NCBI RefSeq assembly: GCF_030684315.1
Contig: NC_081387.1
Span: forward strand, 6,676,497 to 6,740,496
Direction of reading: 5' to 3'
From: Stegostoma tigrinum
Lineage: Eukaryota
DNA: 64,000 nucleotides
Positions 38,720 through 51,580 of the stretch are shown here, one piece after another (the stretch's first letter is position 1; each line of letters opens with the position of its first letter). The notes below the pieces were generated by a model. It ran no database searches, was not told the origin of the DNA, and was given only the letters and a program-made list of their open reading frames with translations. A program made the translations under genes and the position numbers.

Positions 38720-38762
38720 CAAGTCAGATCCCAGTCCATGATCTCAACTGGGATCTGACTTG
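38720..38762. repeat. Perfect 16-bp hairpin (11-nt loop), probably within an LTR-like relic (~37560-38790)
   Basis: CAAGTCAGATCCCAGT-ccatgatctca-ACTGGGATCTGACTTG. Confidence 0.9.
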
Positions 38763-39422
38763 TCCAATAATAACATCAGCTGGGATCATCCGTACCAACC
38801 TGTGGTGTAGAATCATGCAAGTGGAATTTTTTAACATGACTGTATGGTTTCCATTGCAAGAGAAGACAGGAAATCCTGGTTTCTGTATCCCTCACTGTCA
38901 ATATAAGTAATCCAAATCCCACCCTATGTTTGTTTTAATGATGGCTAGTTTCTGCTCTCACTGAGAGTTCAGACATTTCCATCAGAGCCCTTGAACTATC
39001 TCAGTTTCACTGAAAAGAATCTCCATCTGCCCTCCTTGCTCAGGCCCACCATGCTCAGGAATGACCTGGCCAAAAAATCCATCACTTGCTTTCTGTCACC
39101 TTGATATCCTCCTTAACAAGGTACAAAATGATCAAATATTCAAACTATGCTCTTTGGAAATCTTTATAAGAATGTTGTGGAGTAGATTTAACGTGGACTT
39201 AAACTGATTCTTAAATAGGAAGGAACACACACGAGGCAGGGTTTAGACAGGAAAATGGAATCAAGTCATGATGTTATTGATTAGGAGGCAGTTGGAGGAG
39301 CAACCTGGCTTATTCCTGCTTTTATTTCTTATATTCAAGTTGAACATCAATGTGTGCCATACTCTCAGTTATTTTACAATCAATGATGTTTATAAGACTG
39401 TTTCCTCTTTGTAATCCTTCAG

Positions 39423-39683
39423 ATTTTCACGTCCTCACATTTTACTACTTACTGAACCTTGGCCAGGCTGAACTGCCTGAGTACAGTTTGTTGGCGATGC
39501 TAGATGACTACCACATAATTTATTTCGACAGCACACTGGAGTTGTGCGTACCCAGACAACACTGGTTGGCACAATCCTTCCCAAAGGATCACTGGGTCAT
39601 GATGACTATCACAATGGCGGGATTACACGGTCTTGTGAAAGGAAACATTGAGATATTTTATCAACAACACCATGGAGGTTCTG
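39423..39683 (+). CDS. Non-classical MHC class I gene, alpha1 exon
   Basis: ccttcag|AT ... TCT G|gtaggt, 261 nt, phase 1-1. DFHVLTFYY...LPEYSLLAMLDD...YFDS...VPRQHWL...HW has the class I alpha1 landmarks (H3, D29, FDS, PR..W, W60). Confidence 0.92.
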
Positions 39684-40124
39684 GTAGGTGTTTTCACAAC
39701 AATGGCAAAGTAACTAATTTGTATTGGGACAGTGTCATAGTAACATCCTGAACTGTTTCACGCATGGTACAAGACATGGAATTAGCTGGATGAAGTCACT
39801 TTCTGGGAATAATGCAGAAGACATTAGTGCACAGCAAAATTGGTGAGGTGATTCACTTGCTTTTGCATGTGTACAAGAAGTGAAAACACCAGCATCTCAG
39901 TAGCCTGATTGAACAGGGAGAAACTTGTTTTAAATAATCTATATGATGGCATTTTTGACAAGGCAGCATTCTGTATTGCCTTTCAGACAGTGAAGTTCTC
40001 TTCAGTAATCCACCTCGAAAAGTGCAACACTCATTCAGTTCTTTACTGTAATTCTGAAATTGCAGCACTCCTGAGCATTGTTCATTTCACAATATAGTAT
40101 TCCATCACTACTGATCTACAGACA

Positions 40125-40330
40125 GTGCAGCACTCCCTCAGTTCTAATCTTCTGTCAGAGCAGCACAGCTTCAGTTCTAATCTTCTGTCAGAGCAGCACA
40201 GCTTCAGTTCTAATCCTCTGTCAGTGCAGCACTTACTCAGCACATTTAGCCTGATAGTGCAGTTCTCTCTCAGTGCTGATGCTCCAAGGGGCAGTACCCA
40301 TCAGGACTGACCTGCTGATGATGCAGTGCT
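40125..40330 (+). repeat. 33-bp tandem repeat, ~6 decaying copies
   Basis: cagttctaat(c)...gtcagagcagcac at 40139, 40172 and 40205, then degenerate copies. Confidence 0.85.
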
Positions 40331-41625
40331 CAAAATACCACCAAGCTGACATACCACTTTGGTGTGCTGACAACATCAGCTTAATGTCGTTGCAGATTTA
40401 CGTAATGATCACCAAATAATTTTGGCATGATTTCAAATGTGTAGGAAGTGAAACCTTGAGGAACTTCTTCTGTCACTGTCATAAAGATTTGCAGAAGTTG
40501 CCTTTGAGATATGCCAGATCCTTTTTTAACATTTCAATTCATAAACATTGAGTATCTCAGTAGCTTATTCTGGAGATCAATCATGCTTTGTGCTCAGATG
40601 TATGTTGGATCTGTTGGATAAAATAGCCTGTTTTGTTGATGTAAATACTAAGTCACTTACAGCTACGATAAAAGTTGAGGATCACAGAATATTTTAAAAC
40701 TTGTTCTTGGGATGGATATTGGCATTTATTGCACATCTCTGCCAATCATTAATGCCTGTGAGAAGGCAATAAAACATGTGCATGCAATCTCAAATTAAAA
40801 CTGTTTTGAAATATAAGAACTAAATAAAGTCTTCCAGCTCTTCATATCTTATCTGCCACTCATGTAGATCCATGCTTAACCTGTTTTTAACACTCATTGA
40901 CTTGACTTCACTTTCTACTGTTTGATACCTTCACCGAACACAATTGTTCCTTTCTCAGAATTTGAGTATCTGATTGATCTTCAATGGGAGAAGCCATTTG
41001 GCTCATCTGGGTTTAAGTAAACATTTATGTCCCAGGTTAGTTTGCTCTGACTCAATTTCATCTCACCTGATCAGCATATCCACAGATTCCTTCCTCTCTG
41101 TTGTGTTTCTCTAATACTATATACCCCTACTAGTCATCTCAACCACTTTCAATCATCATGAACTCCAGCTTCTAAATCACAATTGGATTTAATAAATACT
41201 ATCTTAATTGGAGAGAAAACAAGATCTCCACCTTAGGATGTACTGCTTTTGTGAAAAAATGCATCCCGGTTTCAGGCCTCAATGACTTAGTTTGAATTTA
41301 TATCTGACGCCTCTTATCCTTGAGTCTGCCACCAGAGGAATGCAGCTTCTCTGGAATTGCTTGCATGAAGCTTTCCACCTTGGTCAGTCTTCACCTCTGT
41401 CTCCTCCTTTAAGGCCCCACTGAAAACTGACTTCTTTATAACAGGGGCCCGGTATCCTCTGTGGAGTTTGGGAGTGTTGGGGAGGGAATTTCGATAAATC
41501 ATACTCCTGAAGTACCTTGGGACATTTTGTATTGAAATGGCCAAAGAAATATAAGCTGTTTTGTATCTAGCTGACTGAACCTTTTTCACATTGTGAATTG
41601 TTTTGAATGTTAATGCTCTCTCCAG

Positions 41626-41901
41626 GCCTTTTCTTTGTCCAAGGAATGTGTGGCTGTGAATTGCACACTGATAATTCCACTGATGGGTTTATAAAGCTTG
41701 GATATGATGGGCAGGACGCATTTGCTTTCAATAAGGATAGAATGAGTTGGATTGCGTTCAATCCAGAGTTCCAAGCGTTAGCGGACCGGTTGAATTTCCA
41801 CACCTTCCTGAACAAATACTTCAAGACCCTGTTGGAAAAGGACTGCGTGAAACAGCTGCTGACATACCTTAAATGTGGGCAAGCAGCACTACAGAGGACA
41901 G
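41626..41901 (+). CDS. Non-classical MHC class I gene, alpha2 exon
   Basis: ctctccag|GC ... ACA G|gtatgg, 276 nt, phase 1-1. VQGMCGCE...GYDGQD...W...DCVKQLLTYL has C101/C164 and YDG.D. Confidence 0.95.
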
Positions 41902-43388
41902 GTATGGTTCAGGATCAGGCCTTAGATGAAAACTGTGCCAGTGCCATGTGTAATTCATAGATGACCTTTTCTATCAATTTTGTTCATTGCAGATTTTTCA
42001 ACTTTCATCAATGTCCAATTATTGAGCCCCTAACTCCAAGAATTCTTTATATCTGTTCTTTAATAGATGGCAGCAGTGCATGGGCCATGCCTTGATTTTC
42101 CTCGGTTAAGTCACAATCCACGTCAGCATTTTTCCTTCGATTCACAATAAAAACTTGCAGAAGTCATGCCCTTTCACTTGGTATTTAGTTTCAATTATTC
42201 CTTTCCAAAGCAACTCCAATCTGAAAAGAAGGATTTAGTGGACTTCTTCCACATAATCGGTTCCATTGCTAAAATTTTGTTTGTGTAACTGAACTCAAAT
42301 TCCACCATCTGTCATTGGTGGGTTGCAAACCTACCATCTCTAGAACATCAGCCTCTAAGTCTGGACTACTAGTTTAGTGATATTACTGGTGTGCCACCTC
42401 TCCCCTTAAGGAAAACGGCTGTAGTCATTAAAGGTAAACTCATTGCCAGGCTGTCTCTGCAGGAGTTCCTCAGGGGAGATAGATTCCTGATCAACATCCT
42501 CAGGGATGCTAATTCCACACCCCTGGAGCGGGGTGGGGGAAGGGACGTGAAATTAGACCTCCTGACTCCTGTCACAGCAACACAACGACCCTCTTGTCAG
42601 TCCTTTCTATCCCAACTTGTTAAGAGATGTTATTACACTCTACTTGCATAGGTGGACCTTGAATTGAGGATCTCTGACTCAAAGATAGGCACATTATCTG
42701 CACGCAAGAGCCCCTTTGTCCCTCCTTCATTTATTTTATTCTGATATTCCTTCATTCAGAAGTGCTGAACTTATATTTTCCCATCAACATATTGTCCATG
42801 GTATCTTTTTGTCATTTATGAAACACTAGCAGAAAATCACCTGTTTTCCAATTAAGTAATTTACACGGCAAGTTCATTAAGGGCAATGCAAAGTCAATGC
42901 TGAGGGAGAGATTGTGGGAGGGAGTGGTGGGCTAAATCAAAACCGACATGGAGGGGAAAATATAGCATCGCACCATTTTCCGTGCCTACTTCTCTCTAAA
43001 GGCATCAAGATGGACACTGTGTGCTGTCTCTCCAATGACACCCAGGCTTGAACGTAATGGTGGAATAGGAGCAGGCAGTCAGCAGAGTTGACCCTTCCAC
43101 AGCCCACTGCCTACATATGTTTATAGACAGCCTGGCCAAGCCCACAAGTAGACCCACAAAGAGGTCCTCCGTTCTGCCAACTGACCAAAGATTAGGAGTG
43201 TATGTCTCTCCTTTATATCTTCAGCCTATTAATGAAGCAATTAACATAAATCTCCTCCTTACCTTCTTGTTATATTAACAATGATGATAATAGGGCTGTT
43301 GTGGTGTCATGTTTGCATCTCTACATCAGGGGCCTAAGGCTTGGGATCACATCCCATCTGCTCCAAAAGTGTGCTTTAAAATCTCTGA

Positions 43389-43624
43389 TAACAAAGTGTG
43401 AAGATGGATGAACACAGCAGACTAAGCAGCACCTCAGGAGCACAAAAGCTGATGTTTCAGGCCTAGACCCTTCATCAGAGATGATGAAGGGTGTAGGCCC
43501 GAAACGTCAGCTTTTGTGCTCCTGAGATGCTGCTTGGCCTGCTGTGTTCATCCATCTTCACACTTTGTTATCTTGGATTCTCCAGCATCTGCAGTTCCCA
43601 TTATCTCTGATACAATTTTAACCC
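43389..43624. mobile_element. Palindromic Penelope-end mini-insertion with perfect 15-bp TSD and two hammerhead-like cores
   Basis: Arms 43387-43477 and 43482-43572 (4-nt loop). TSD ctttaaaatctctga at 43374-43388 and 43625-43639. Confidence 0.9.
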
Positions 43625-43951
43625 CTTTAAAATCTCTGAATAGATTGACGAGAAGATATCTGTGATGTGGTGATGGTTGCTTTATCCTACTGTAATGAAG
43701 ATAACACTGTTTTTCTCTCCTTTTCAAAACTTAAAAGGAGGTGGACAGCTCAGATCAATTGTATAATAGAACGAGTGGTGTATTAACAGAGTCAATTGAT
43801 TCTTAATTTGTATGTGGTGGGCAGGCTTCTAATTTTAGCACCAGTACAAACATTGTGCTATGGGGATGAAGGAAGGTGGTAGGATGGATACTCGTCCCCT
43901 TTATGTGTCCTCCTAGCCCAGTGACACTCGCCCCCTTATATGTGCCCTCCT

Positions 43952-44287
43952 AGCCCAGTGGTTAGCACTACCGCCCCACAGCACCAAGGACGTAGGTTTG
44001 ATTCTCGCCTTGGGCAACGGCCTGTGTGGAGGCTGTACATTCTCCCTGTGTTCCTCCGAGTGCTCTGATTTGCTCCCACAGTTTAAAGATGTACAGGTTA
44101 GTTGGATTGCCTATGGTAATTTGTCCATAGAATCCAGGGATGTGCAGGCCAGTTGGCGTAGCTACGGTAAATGCAGGTATTCAGGGATAGGGTAGGGGAT
44201 GAGTCTGATAAGATTCTCTTTGGAGCCTCGGTGTGGACTCAGTGGGCTGAATAGTCTGTTTCCACGCAATGCAGATTCTGTTCTGTG
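43952..44287 (+). mobile_element. HE1-type SINE
   Basis: cagtggttagcactaccgccccacagcacc head and the family body. Confidence 0.75.
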
Positions 44288-44844
44288 ACTGGATGACATT
44301 ACACCCAGGAGTGGCATGTATAATGTTGCCCAGCTTGTTGATGACTACATGTCAAGCCTCTTCATAATTCTGAAACCCTCTAGATTATCCTCTCACCTTT
44401 CTTTTTCATTTGTCAGCATCAGTCCAAAGCCTTCATAGAGGCATAGAAACAGAAAATAAGAAATCAGGATTGGGCAATTTGACTCTTTAAGGCTGCTCCA
44501 CCATTCAGTATAATCATGGCTGATCACCAACTTAGCACCCTTCATACGCCCAAAATATTTTGATCCTTTTCTCCCTAAGAAATTTAACTAACTCCTTCTT
44601 GAAAACATTCAATGACTTGACCTCAAATGCTTGCTGTGGCAGAGAATTTCACAAGCTCACCAATTTTTGAGCAAAGACATTTCTCCTCACCTCATTCCTG
44701 GAAGGCCCATCCCGCATCTTTGAACTGTGACCTGTGTGAGCTGAGGATTTTGATAATAAATAGGGAAATTTAAAAAAAAAGAGAATTTTCCACAAATATG
44801 CAAATGAAATCTTGTAGATGCCAGGACTCTTGTGGTGGGTTAGT

Positions 44845-45195
44845 GAGAAATGATGGCCTTCTGTTACTATCACTGGATTATTAATTCAGTGACCTAGATA
44901 ATGTTCTGGGTACCTGGATTCAAATCTTGCAATGGTAGAATTTGAATTCCATTATAAAAAAAAACTGGGATTAAGAATCCAATGATGACCATTGTCAATT
45001 GTTGGAAAAACCCATCTTGTTCACTAATGTCCTTTAGGGAAGGAAACTGACATCCTTACCTGATCTGGCCTATGCATGACTTCAGGCTCACAGCAATACA
45101 GTTGTCTCTTAACTTCCTTGGGGACAATTAGAGATGGACAACAAATTCAGCCTAGCCAGGGATGCCCTCATCATGTGAATGTACAAAGAAAGAAA
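44845..45195 (+). mobile_element. tRNA-derived SINE (same family as 2385-2745)
   Basis: aaaacccatcttgttcactaatgtcctttagggaagga...ctggcctatg shared body. Confidence 0.75.
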
Positions 45196-45311
45196 ATGTC
45201 TGAACTAAAAGGTGAAGGGCCTGGCAATTCTGCTGTGTAAATTTGGAGAGAGCAAACCACGTTGGTGACTTTTTTTTATCAGTGATTTGAGTCTTTGGTT
45301 AACTCTCTCAG

Positions 45312-45584
45312 TCAGCCCCGAGGTGTTCATTGGGAGCAGGACTGATGGTGAGCGAGCCCTGAGTCTCTCCTGCCTTGTGATGGGCTTTTATCCTGGGGAT
45401 ATCGAGGTGACATGGCTGAGGAATGGACTGGTGGTCCTTGACGTTGAATCCACTGACCTGCTCCCCTATCAAGATACAACGTACTGGGTGATGAAGACGT
45501 TCAAACTCAGTCAAGATGATGGGGAGAGGTACTCCTGTCATATTGAGCATACCAGCCTCATACAGGAGCTCGATGTACCCTGGG
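45312..45584 (+). CDS. Non-classical MHC class I gene, alpha3 (C1-set Ig) exon
   Basis: ctctcag|TC ... TGG G|gtaagt, 273 nt. PEV...LSCLVMGFYPGDIEVTWLRNG...YSCHIEHTSL...W. Confidence 0.95.
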
Positions 45585-45769
45585 GTAAGTATCAAATTGA
45601 CTGGTGCAGGGTTCTTCCTGTAGGCCTGGTGCTGAGCCCAGTTCGGAGAGAATTTGTCCCATCCATCATGGTCAGTGATGGTAAGACTATTTGCTAAAAG
45701 ATATGAGGCCAGTCAAATCAAGTCACTATAGTCTTACCAGATCAAAGAGTTGACTCTAATTACTGACTT

Positions 45770-46470
45770 GCAAGGTTTTGCATTTTGGTAAAACAAACAA
45801 GGGGAGGACTTATACAATTAAATGTAGGCATTGGGTTGTGTTCGAGAACAAAGAGGTCTGGAGGTTCAGTACATAATTCTTTGAAATTTGTGTCGCGCAT
45901 TGATAGGGTGATTAAAAAGGTGTTATAAGGAGTTAGGACGTCATGTTGAAGTTGTACAGGGCATTGGTGAGGCCTCTTCTGGAGTACTGTGTCCAGTTTT
46001 GGTTGGCCTGTTATAAGAAGGATATTGTTAAGCTGGAGAGGGTTCAGAAAAGATTTACCAGGATGTTGCTGGGAATGGGATGTATGAGTTATGCAGAGAG
46101 ACTGAATTACCCTGAAATTTTTTCACTGGACTGTAGGAGGTTGAGGGGTTACGTTGTAGAAGTTTATAAAATCATGAGGGGTATAGATAATGTGAAAAGA
46201 CTACGGGCAGATTTTTAAGGTGAGAGAACAATTAAAAAAATGAGGGGCAACTTTTTTACACAAAGAGTGGCTCGTGTGTGGAATGAGCTTCCAGAGGAAG
46301 TGGTGGATGTGGGTACAGTAACAACATTTAAAAGACATTTAGATAAGTACATGAATAAGAAATATTTGGAGGGATATGGGCCAAACACAGACAGGTAGGA
46401 CTAGCTTATTTTGCGATTATGGTCAGCATGGACTGGTTGGACTGAAGGGTTTGTTTCCATGCTGTATGAC
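45770..46470 (+). mobile_element. CR1 LINE 3' fragment
   Basis: MLKLYRALVRPLLEYCVQFW...LERVQKRFTRML. Confidence 0.88.
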
Positions 46471-46789
46471 TCTACAGGGGTAATTTAACTTGGGGGCCAC
46501 CATGCCTCAGGCTATGGGAAAGATTGAGAAGAAGCATTCTACTTGATAATCTCAGCTGGTGCGGGGATTGAACCCTCACTGTTAGTGTGACACTGCTTTG
46601 CAAATCAACTGCCCAGCTAATTGAGCTAAACCAATAGCCATGAGTCCAGGAAATGTTAGTATTCAGGGGCATTTCAGCATCTTTACTGATAGAGAGAACT
46701 AGCAATAGGGATATTGCGCTTGAGCCCACTTTTCTATTCAGTGAATGATCAGTGACCATTACTAGTAGGCACTTATTTCTTTTGAAATA

Positions 46790-47005
46790 ACTCCACAAAG
46801 GCTGGTATACCATCACCAATGCACCCTTTATTTACCCAAGGAAAGTCCTTGACCCTGATCCAGCTTCCTCAGAGGCGGCTCTCAGACTGAACACAACCTT
46901 TGGCACTCCTGTTTATACTCCTCAGCCAGGGCTCCCTGATTGGACCATGTTAACAGCCCCAATCAGGGAACTCAAATTCTATGAGGTCCATCTACCTGAC
47001 CTCCG
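46790..47005. mobile_element. Probable solo LTR relic
   Basis: Inverted CCAAT-containing pair ccctgattgg...ccaatcaggg and a tttata motif. Family assignment is by resemblance only. Confidence 0.35.
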
Positions 47006-48192
47006 ATAATTCCGATATCTTTGGATAACAAAAACCTGTCAGTGTTGTGTATTCAAATTGCAAATTATTGTGGCATTAATGGCCTTTTATAGAAGAGCCT
47101 TCCAAATTTCTCTTAGCTCTATATTACGGAAGGTAATTTGTTATGTGCAGTACAAGACTGCTATATACTTGCCCTTGTATGGTGCCCAGAATGTCATGGG
47201 TGGTCTCACCACTTCTCTCAGAATGTAGTCAGAGTGTGATATTCTCTTCTCCAGAAGCTAGCGGAGACTGGGTCTTTAAATTTATTCCAGGCTGAGTTAG
47301 ATAGATGTTTGGTTGACAAGGAAGCAGAATGGAAAGCAGAGATGAGACCACAGTCATGAGCTTATTGAATGCTTGAGTGGGCTTGAAGGACTAAATAGCC
47401 TACTCCTGTTCTTAGGTCCTATGTCTGTATATCCCTATGACTGATCAGATCATGGAACAGATACTTGGACCATTGTGATTGTATTATTTGCTAAATTAAT
47501 CTCACACTAATTCCACAGTCCCACTCTCTTCCCAAAGCTCTGCATTAATCCCAAGAAAATGCCACTCTCCTGTTCTCTCCTTATCACCCTGTATCAATCC
47601 CAAATATATTCAACTTGTGTGCTGTCTATTCATAGACCTGTATTAATTACAAACTCACCCCAATGTCCCACTCTCTGGCCCATAACTGGGTATCAATGAA
47701 ATTCCACTTTCCTGTGTTATGGTTGTAACTGTTGCAGGAATTTCCAGAGTCTGGTATTGGCCCTACTATCCTACAACTTTTACCTGCAGTGAGTGATCAG
47801 AGAGAGACCTATAGAATTTTGAAAATGGCCTTTATGACTTAGCCTTTGCAAGGGAACTCCAGTTGACCTAAAAATGAAATGCTGAAAACCCCAAACAAAA
47901 GATCACAGAAGCAGTTATAATTTTGGATTTGGTCACAAGAACATAACACATACCAATTAAGAGGTGTAGTTATTGAGGTTGAATAATTACTATTGATTAG
48001 GTTTACATCATATGCAGAATATGAGTGCAATTAATTTAGAACTACATAGCTATGCCTGCCTAATTGTAATATATGTTTAGTGTAAGGGTACATATCTATT
48101 ATCCGCCTCATGCAGACACTGTAGGCTCCAATTTGTCTTCACATAATCATTCATGCCTGACCTGCCTATATCAATTACCTTCCCCTGAGTCT

Positions 48193-48390
48193 GTCAGCAT
48201 CTGCGAAGAAAAAAATCAGAGTTAACATTTCGGGTCTGGTTACCCTTCCTCACAGTTCTGTTGGAGGGTCACCGGACTTGAAATGTTAACTCTGATTTTT
48301 TTCTTCACAGATGCTGCCAGACCTGCTGAACTTTTCCAGCAACTTTGTTTTTCTTGCTGATTTACAGCATCAGCAGTTCTTTCAGTTTTT
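48193..48390. mobile_element. Palindromic Penelope-end mini-insertion (second family) with imperfect TSD
   Basis: Arms ~48195-48247 and ~48265-48315. Flanks aattacct(t/c)cccc at ~48173 and ~48391. Confidence 0.75.
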
Positions 48391-50089
48391 AATTACCTCC
48401 CCCGACTGATCCCTCTGATGTTTTCATGACGTCCTTCTAGGCCCAGAGTTTCAATGAATAAACCACTCTTGGTTTGACTGTGGCACTATCAATATTATTC
48501 CTTTGCTATCTTGAAAGAAAAATTGGCTTCAAGAATAAATGGTCCCTTGTACTGTTTAACTAACAGTTTTGTCTCCTTGTGAATTACCTACAGCTAAACG
48601 TTTGAAACTGTGTTGCTCTGTAAGTTAAATTATTATTTCTTAATCCCTTTCAATAACCTTATGTCAAGCCCATTAGGCCAATGCCCCATTTTTTCCCATA
48701 GTCCTGTACCAAGACGAAAGTTAATCCTACATTCTTGAAAGGTGATACGTAAATTTAAATGCTCTTTCTGATGGTGCATGTAAAGCACTATTTTGCAGTT
48801 TATTGAAGTACACCATGAATTTAATTTTAAGTTACTATTTATTGATATTATTTTAATGTGAACAATATGTGTTAATAGAGCGCACATTACATGGAGCCAT
48901 TAAGTTGGGAACTATGACCGGAGCATCTGCCATCTCCCTCACTCTTCTCGGAATCATCACGGGAGTTGGTTTCTGGAGGAAGAGACAGATTGGTCAGTCT
49001 AACAGAGACCAGCAGATGTAGTCGGAGAGCAACAGAGACTGGAAGAGACTAACAAAGGTTAACAGAGAACAGAAGAGACAGACGAAGATCAACAGAGACC
49101 AGCAGAGTACATCAGAAATGTTCAGAGAATAACAGTGACCAGCAGGTGGCCAGCATTCTGTTCCCACATTTCCCTGAACCTCTGAACCCATGACTGGCAT
49201 GTTTGGTGTCAGAGAATGGTTGGAGTTCTGCTCCCCCCATAGAGCAGTCCAAACCTCTCATAGTGATCTTCACATTTAGATTGGTCTCTCCAGCTTGCCC
49301 CACCCTCCCAACAATCACCATTGCCCAGGTCCAGAGCTAGGTCCAGCTCCTGTTGCTAACTATAAAAATTAACAGAAGCAGCAGAATTGTGCCTAAAATA
49401 GAACAGAATAAGTAAGGTCCATAGAGCCTGCTGTCTCATTAAAAATGAACATGGCTGAAGTTTGATATCAGAGTATCTCATGTACCCTGTTTCTATATCG
49501 CTTGAATCATCTCATGCCCCATTAATATCCAGTTGAGTCCACACATCAATCGAACAACTTTGTGAGAAACAGTTCTAAAAAATAACAACCCACTGTGGAG
49601 GAATTTATCCTCATCTCATCATGAAAAGTTTGATCCATTATTCTAAGATTGTGACAGCCAGCTTTGGACAACCAGTCAGCTCCACAGCCTCTACTTTGTC
49701 CAACTTTTGACATTTCACTGCGGTCGCCTCTATTTTTCCAAACTTCAGACAGTATCAGCCCGTTTTACTCACATTTGCCTTGTAGGAGAGCCATTTCATC
49801 CAATAAACATTTGAACTGTCATTGGGTTCTCGTCCAGGTATGTCCTTCCTTAGGTAAAGAAACCCACACTGCACACAATAGTCCAGTTCTGATCTCATCA
49901 CAACTCTGCATAATCATATTTGACTTCTTCACTCTTTCAAGCCTTCTTGCCCTCTTAATTGTTTTTTGCGCTCTGCATGTCAGCATTCTGTGAGTTTTTT
50001 AAGAAAATTGATTTGTTTTGATTTACTATTGTCACATGTACTTAGATTATACCATAGAACGTGTATTAGGGTAATACAACAGTGCAAAG

Positions 50090-50470
50090 GATGCAAAGTT
50101 GTGGCTGCAGAGAAGGTGTACAAAGTGAAAGATCAACATTAAATTTATAATTTGAGAGGTCCATTCAAAAATCTAATAACAGCAGAGAATAAGCTGTTCT
50201 TGAGTCTGTTGGTCCGTGTTTAAGCTTTTGTATCTTTGGCCTGACAGAAGAGGTTGGAAGAGATTATAACCAAATTGGGAGAGGTCTTTGATCATGTTGA
50301 CTGCCTCTGTAAGGCAGCAAGAGGTATAGATGGAGTCAATGGATGGAAGACCGGCTTGCATGATGGACTAGACAGTGTTCACAATTGTCTGTAATTTCTT
50401 ACGGTCCTGGGTAGAGCCATATCAAGCTGAAATGCATCTGAATAGAACGCTTTCTATGGTGCATCTGTAA
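50090..50470 (-). mobile_element. Rex1/Babar-type LINE 3' fragment
   Basis: LPSIDSIYTSCC..A..MIKD.S...YNLFQPLLSGQRYKS. Confidence 0.7.
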
Positions 50471-51159
50471 AAAAAATTCCTTCATTCACTGGATGTGAGC
50501 ATTGTTCATTAGGCTAGCATTTATTACCCATCACTATTTACACACAGGGCATTTTAGACTCAAACACATTGTTGTAGATCTGGAGTCACACTTAGGTCAG
50601 ACCAGGTAAGGATGGTAGTTTCCTTTCCAAAAAGATATTAGTGAAGCTGATGAGTTTCTCCAACAATTGACAAAATTTTTCAGTCATCGTCAGACTCTTC
50701 CTGGACTCCAACACTTGTCCAATCTTCCTGGCTGTGCCCCTCATCCCCCTTAACACTACCCCGTTCAGCCATTCTTGTTAATGCTTTCAAGTGATCTGTC
50801 ATCACATCATTTATGATAGACTTCAGTATTTAACTTGCTGCTGTTTGACTAGTGGGTCCATAATTGTCCATTATTTTCTCTCCCTCCCTTTTTAAATAGT
50901 GGGATTAAACCCTCCCATCTGTAGAAACTGCTACAGAGTCTATTGAATTTTGAAACATGACCAGCAGTGCATTCAATCTTTTAAAGGCCACGTTCCTTCC
51001 TACTCTGGGATGTAGATTATCAGGTTCTGGTGACTTGTCAACCTTTAGCCTCATTAATTTTCCTGACACTAATGTGTTCTCTCACATTTGTTGATAGTTT
51101 TAGGTCAAATTACTGAAAGTGGATGAGTGTTTCAAGTGTTTTAAATAGCATCATTTATT

Positions 51160-51580
51160 AGAGTCATACAATATGGAAACAGACCCTTTGTTCCAACCAG
51201 TCTATGCTGAATATAATCCCAAACTAAACTAGTCCTGCTCTGAGCTCATATCCCTCAAAACTTTTCCTATTCATGTACACATTCAAATGTCTTTTAATCA
51301 TTGTTATTGTGCCCACATGCACCACTTCCTCAGGACGTTCATTCCACATGTGAACCATACTCTGTGCAAAAACTTTTTAATGTATTTTTTAAAATCTCTC
51401 TCCTCTCACCTTAAAAACATGCTCTCTTGTCCTGAAGCTCTTCCATTCTCAGGAAAATACAACTACCATTAATTCTGTCTCATTAGTTTGTAAACTTCTA
51501 TAAGGTTCCTCCCACCTTCCTTTGCTCCTCTGAAAAATGTCCCAGCCAATTTAGTCTTTCTTTATAACTCAAACCTTCTT
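51160..51580 (-). mobile_element. CR1 LINE 3' fragment
   Basis: Reverse complement of the 46130-46470 family. Confidence 0.75.

Noticed and set aside
39350-39751. Full ORF-track extents of 39350-39751, 41607-41960 and 45287-45697 as standalone genes
   Set aside because: They are single class I exons plus intronic read-through, so the boundaries were reset to the splice sites.
49664-49993. Hydrophobic C-terminus (LCIIIFDFFTLSSLLALLIVFCAL) as the class I TM exon
   Set aside because: It derives from an antisense CR1 remnant, and the nearest acceptor is in the wrong phase for the alpha3 donor.
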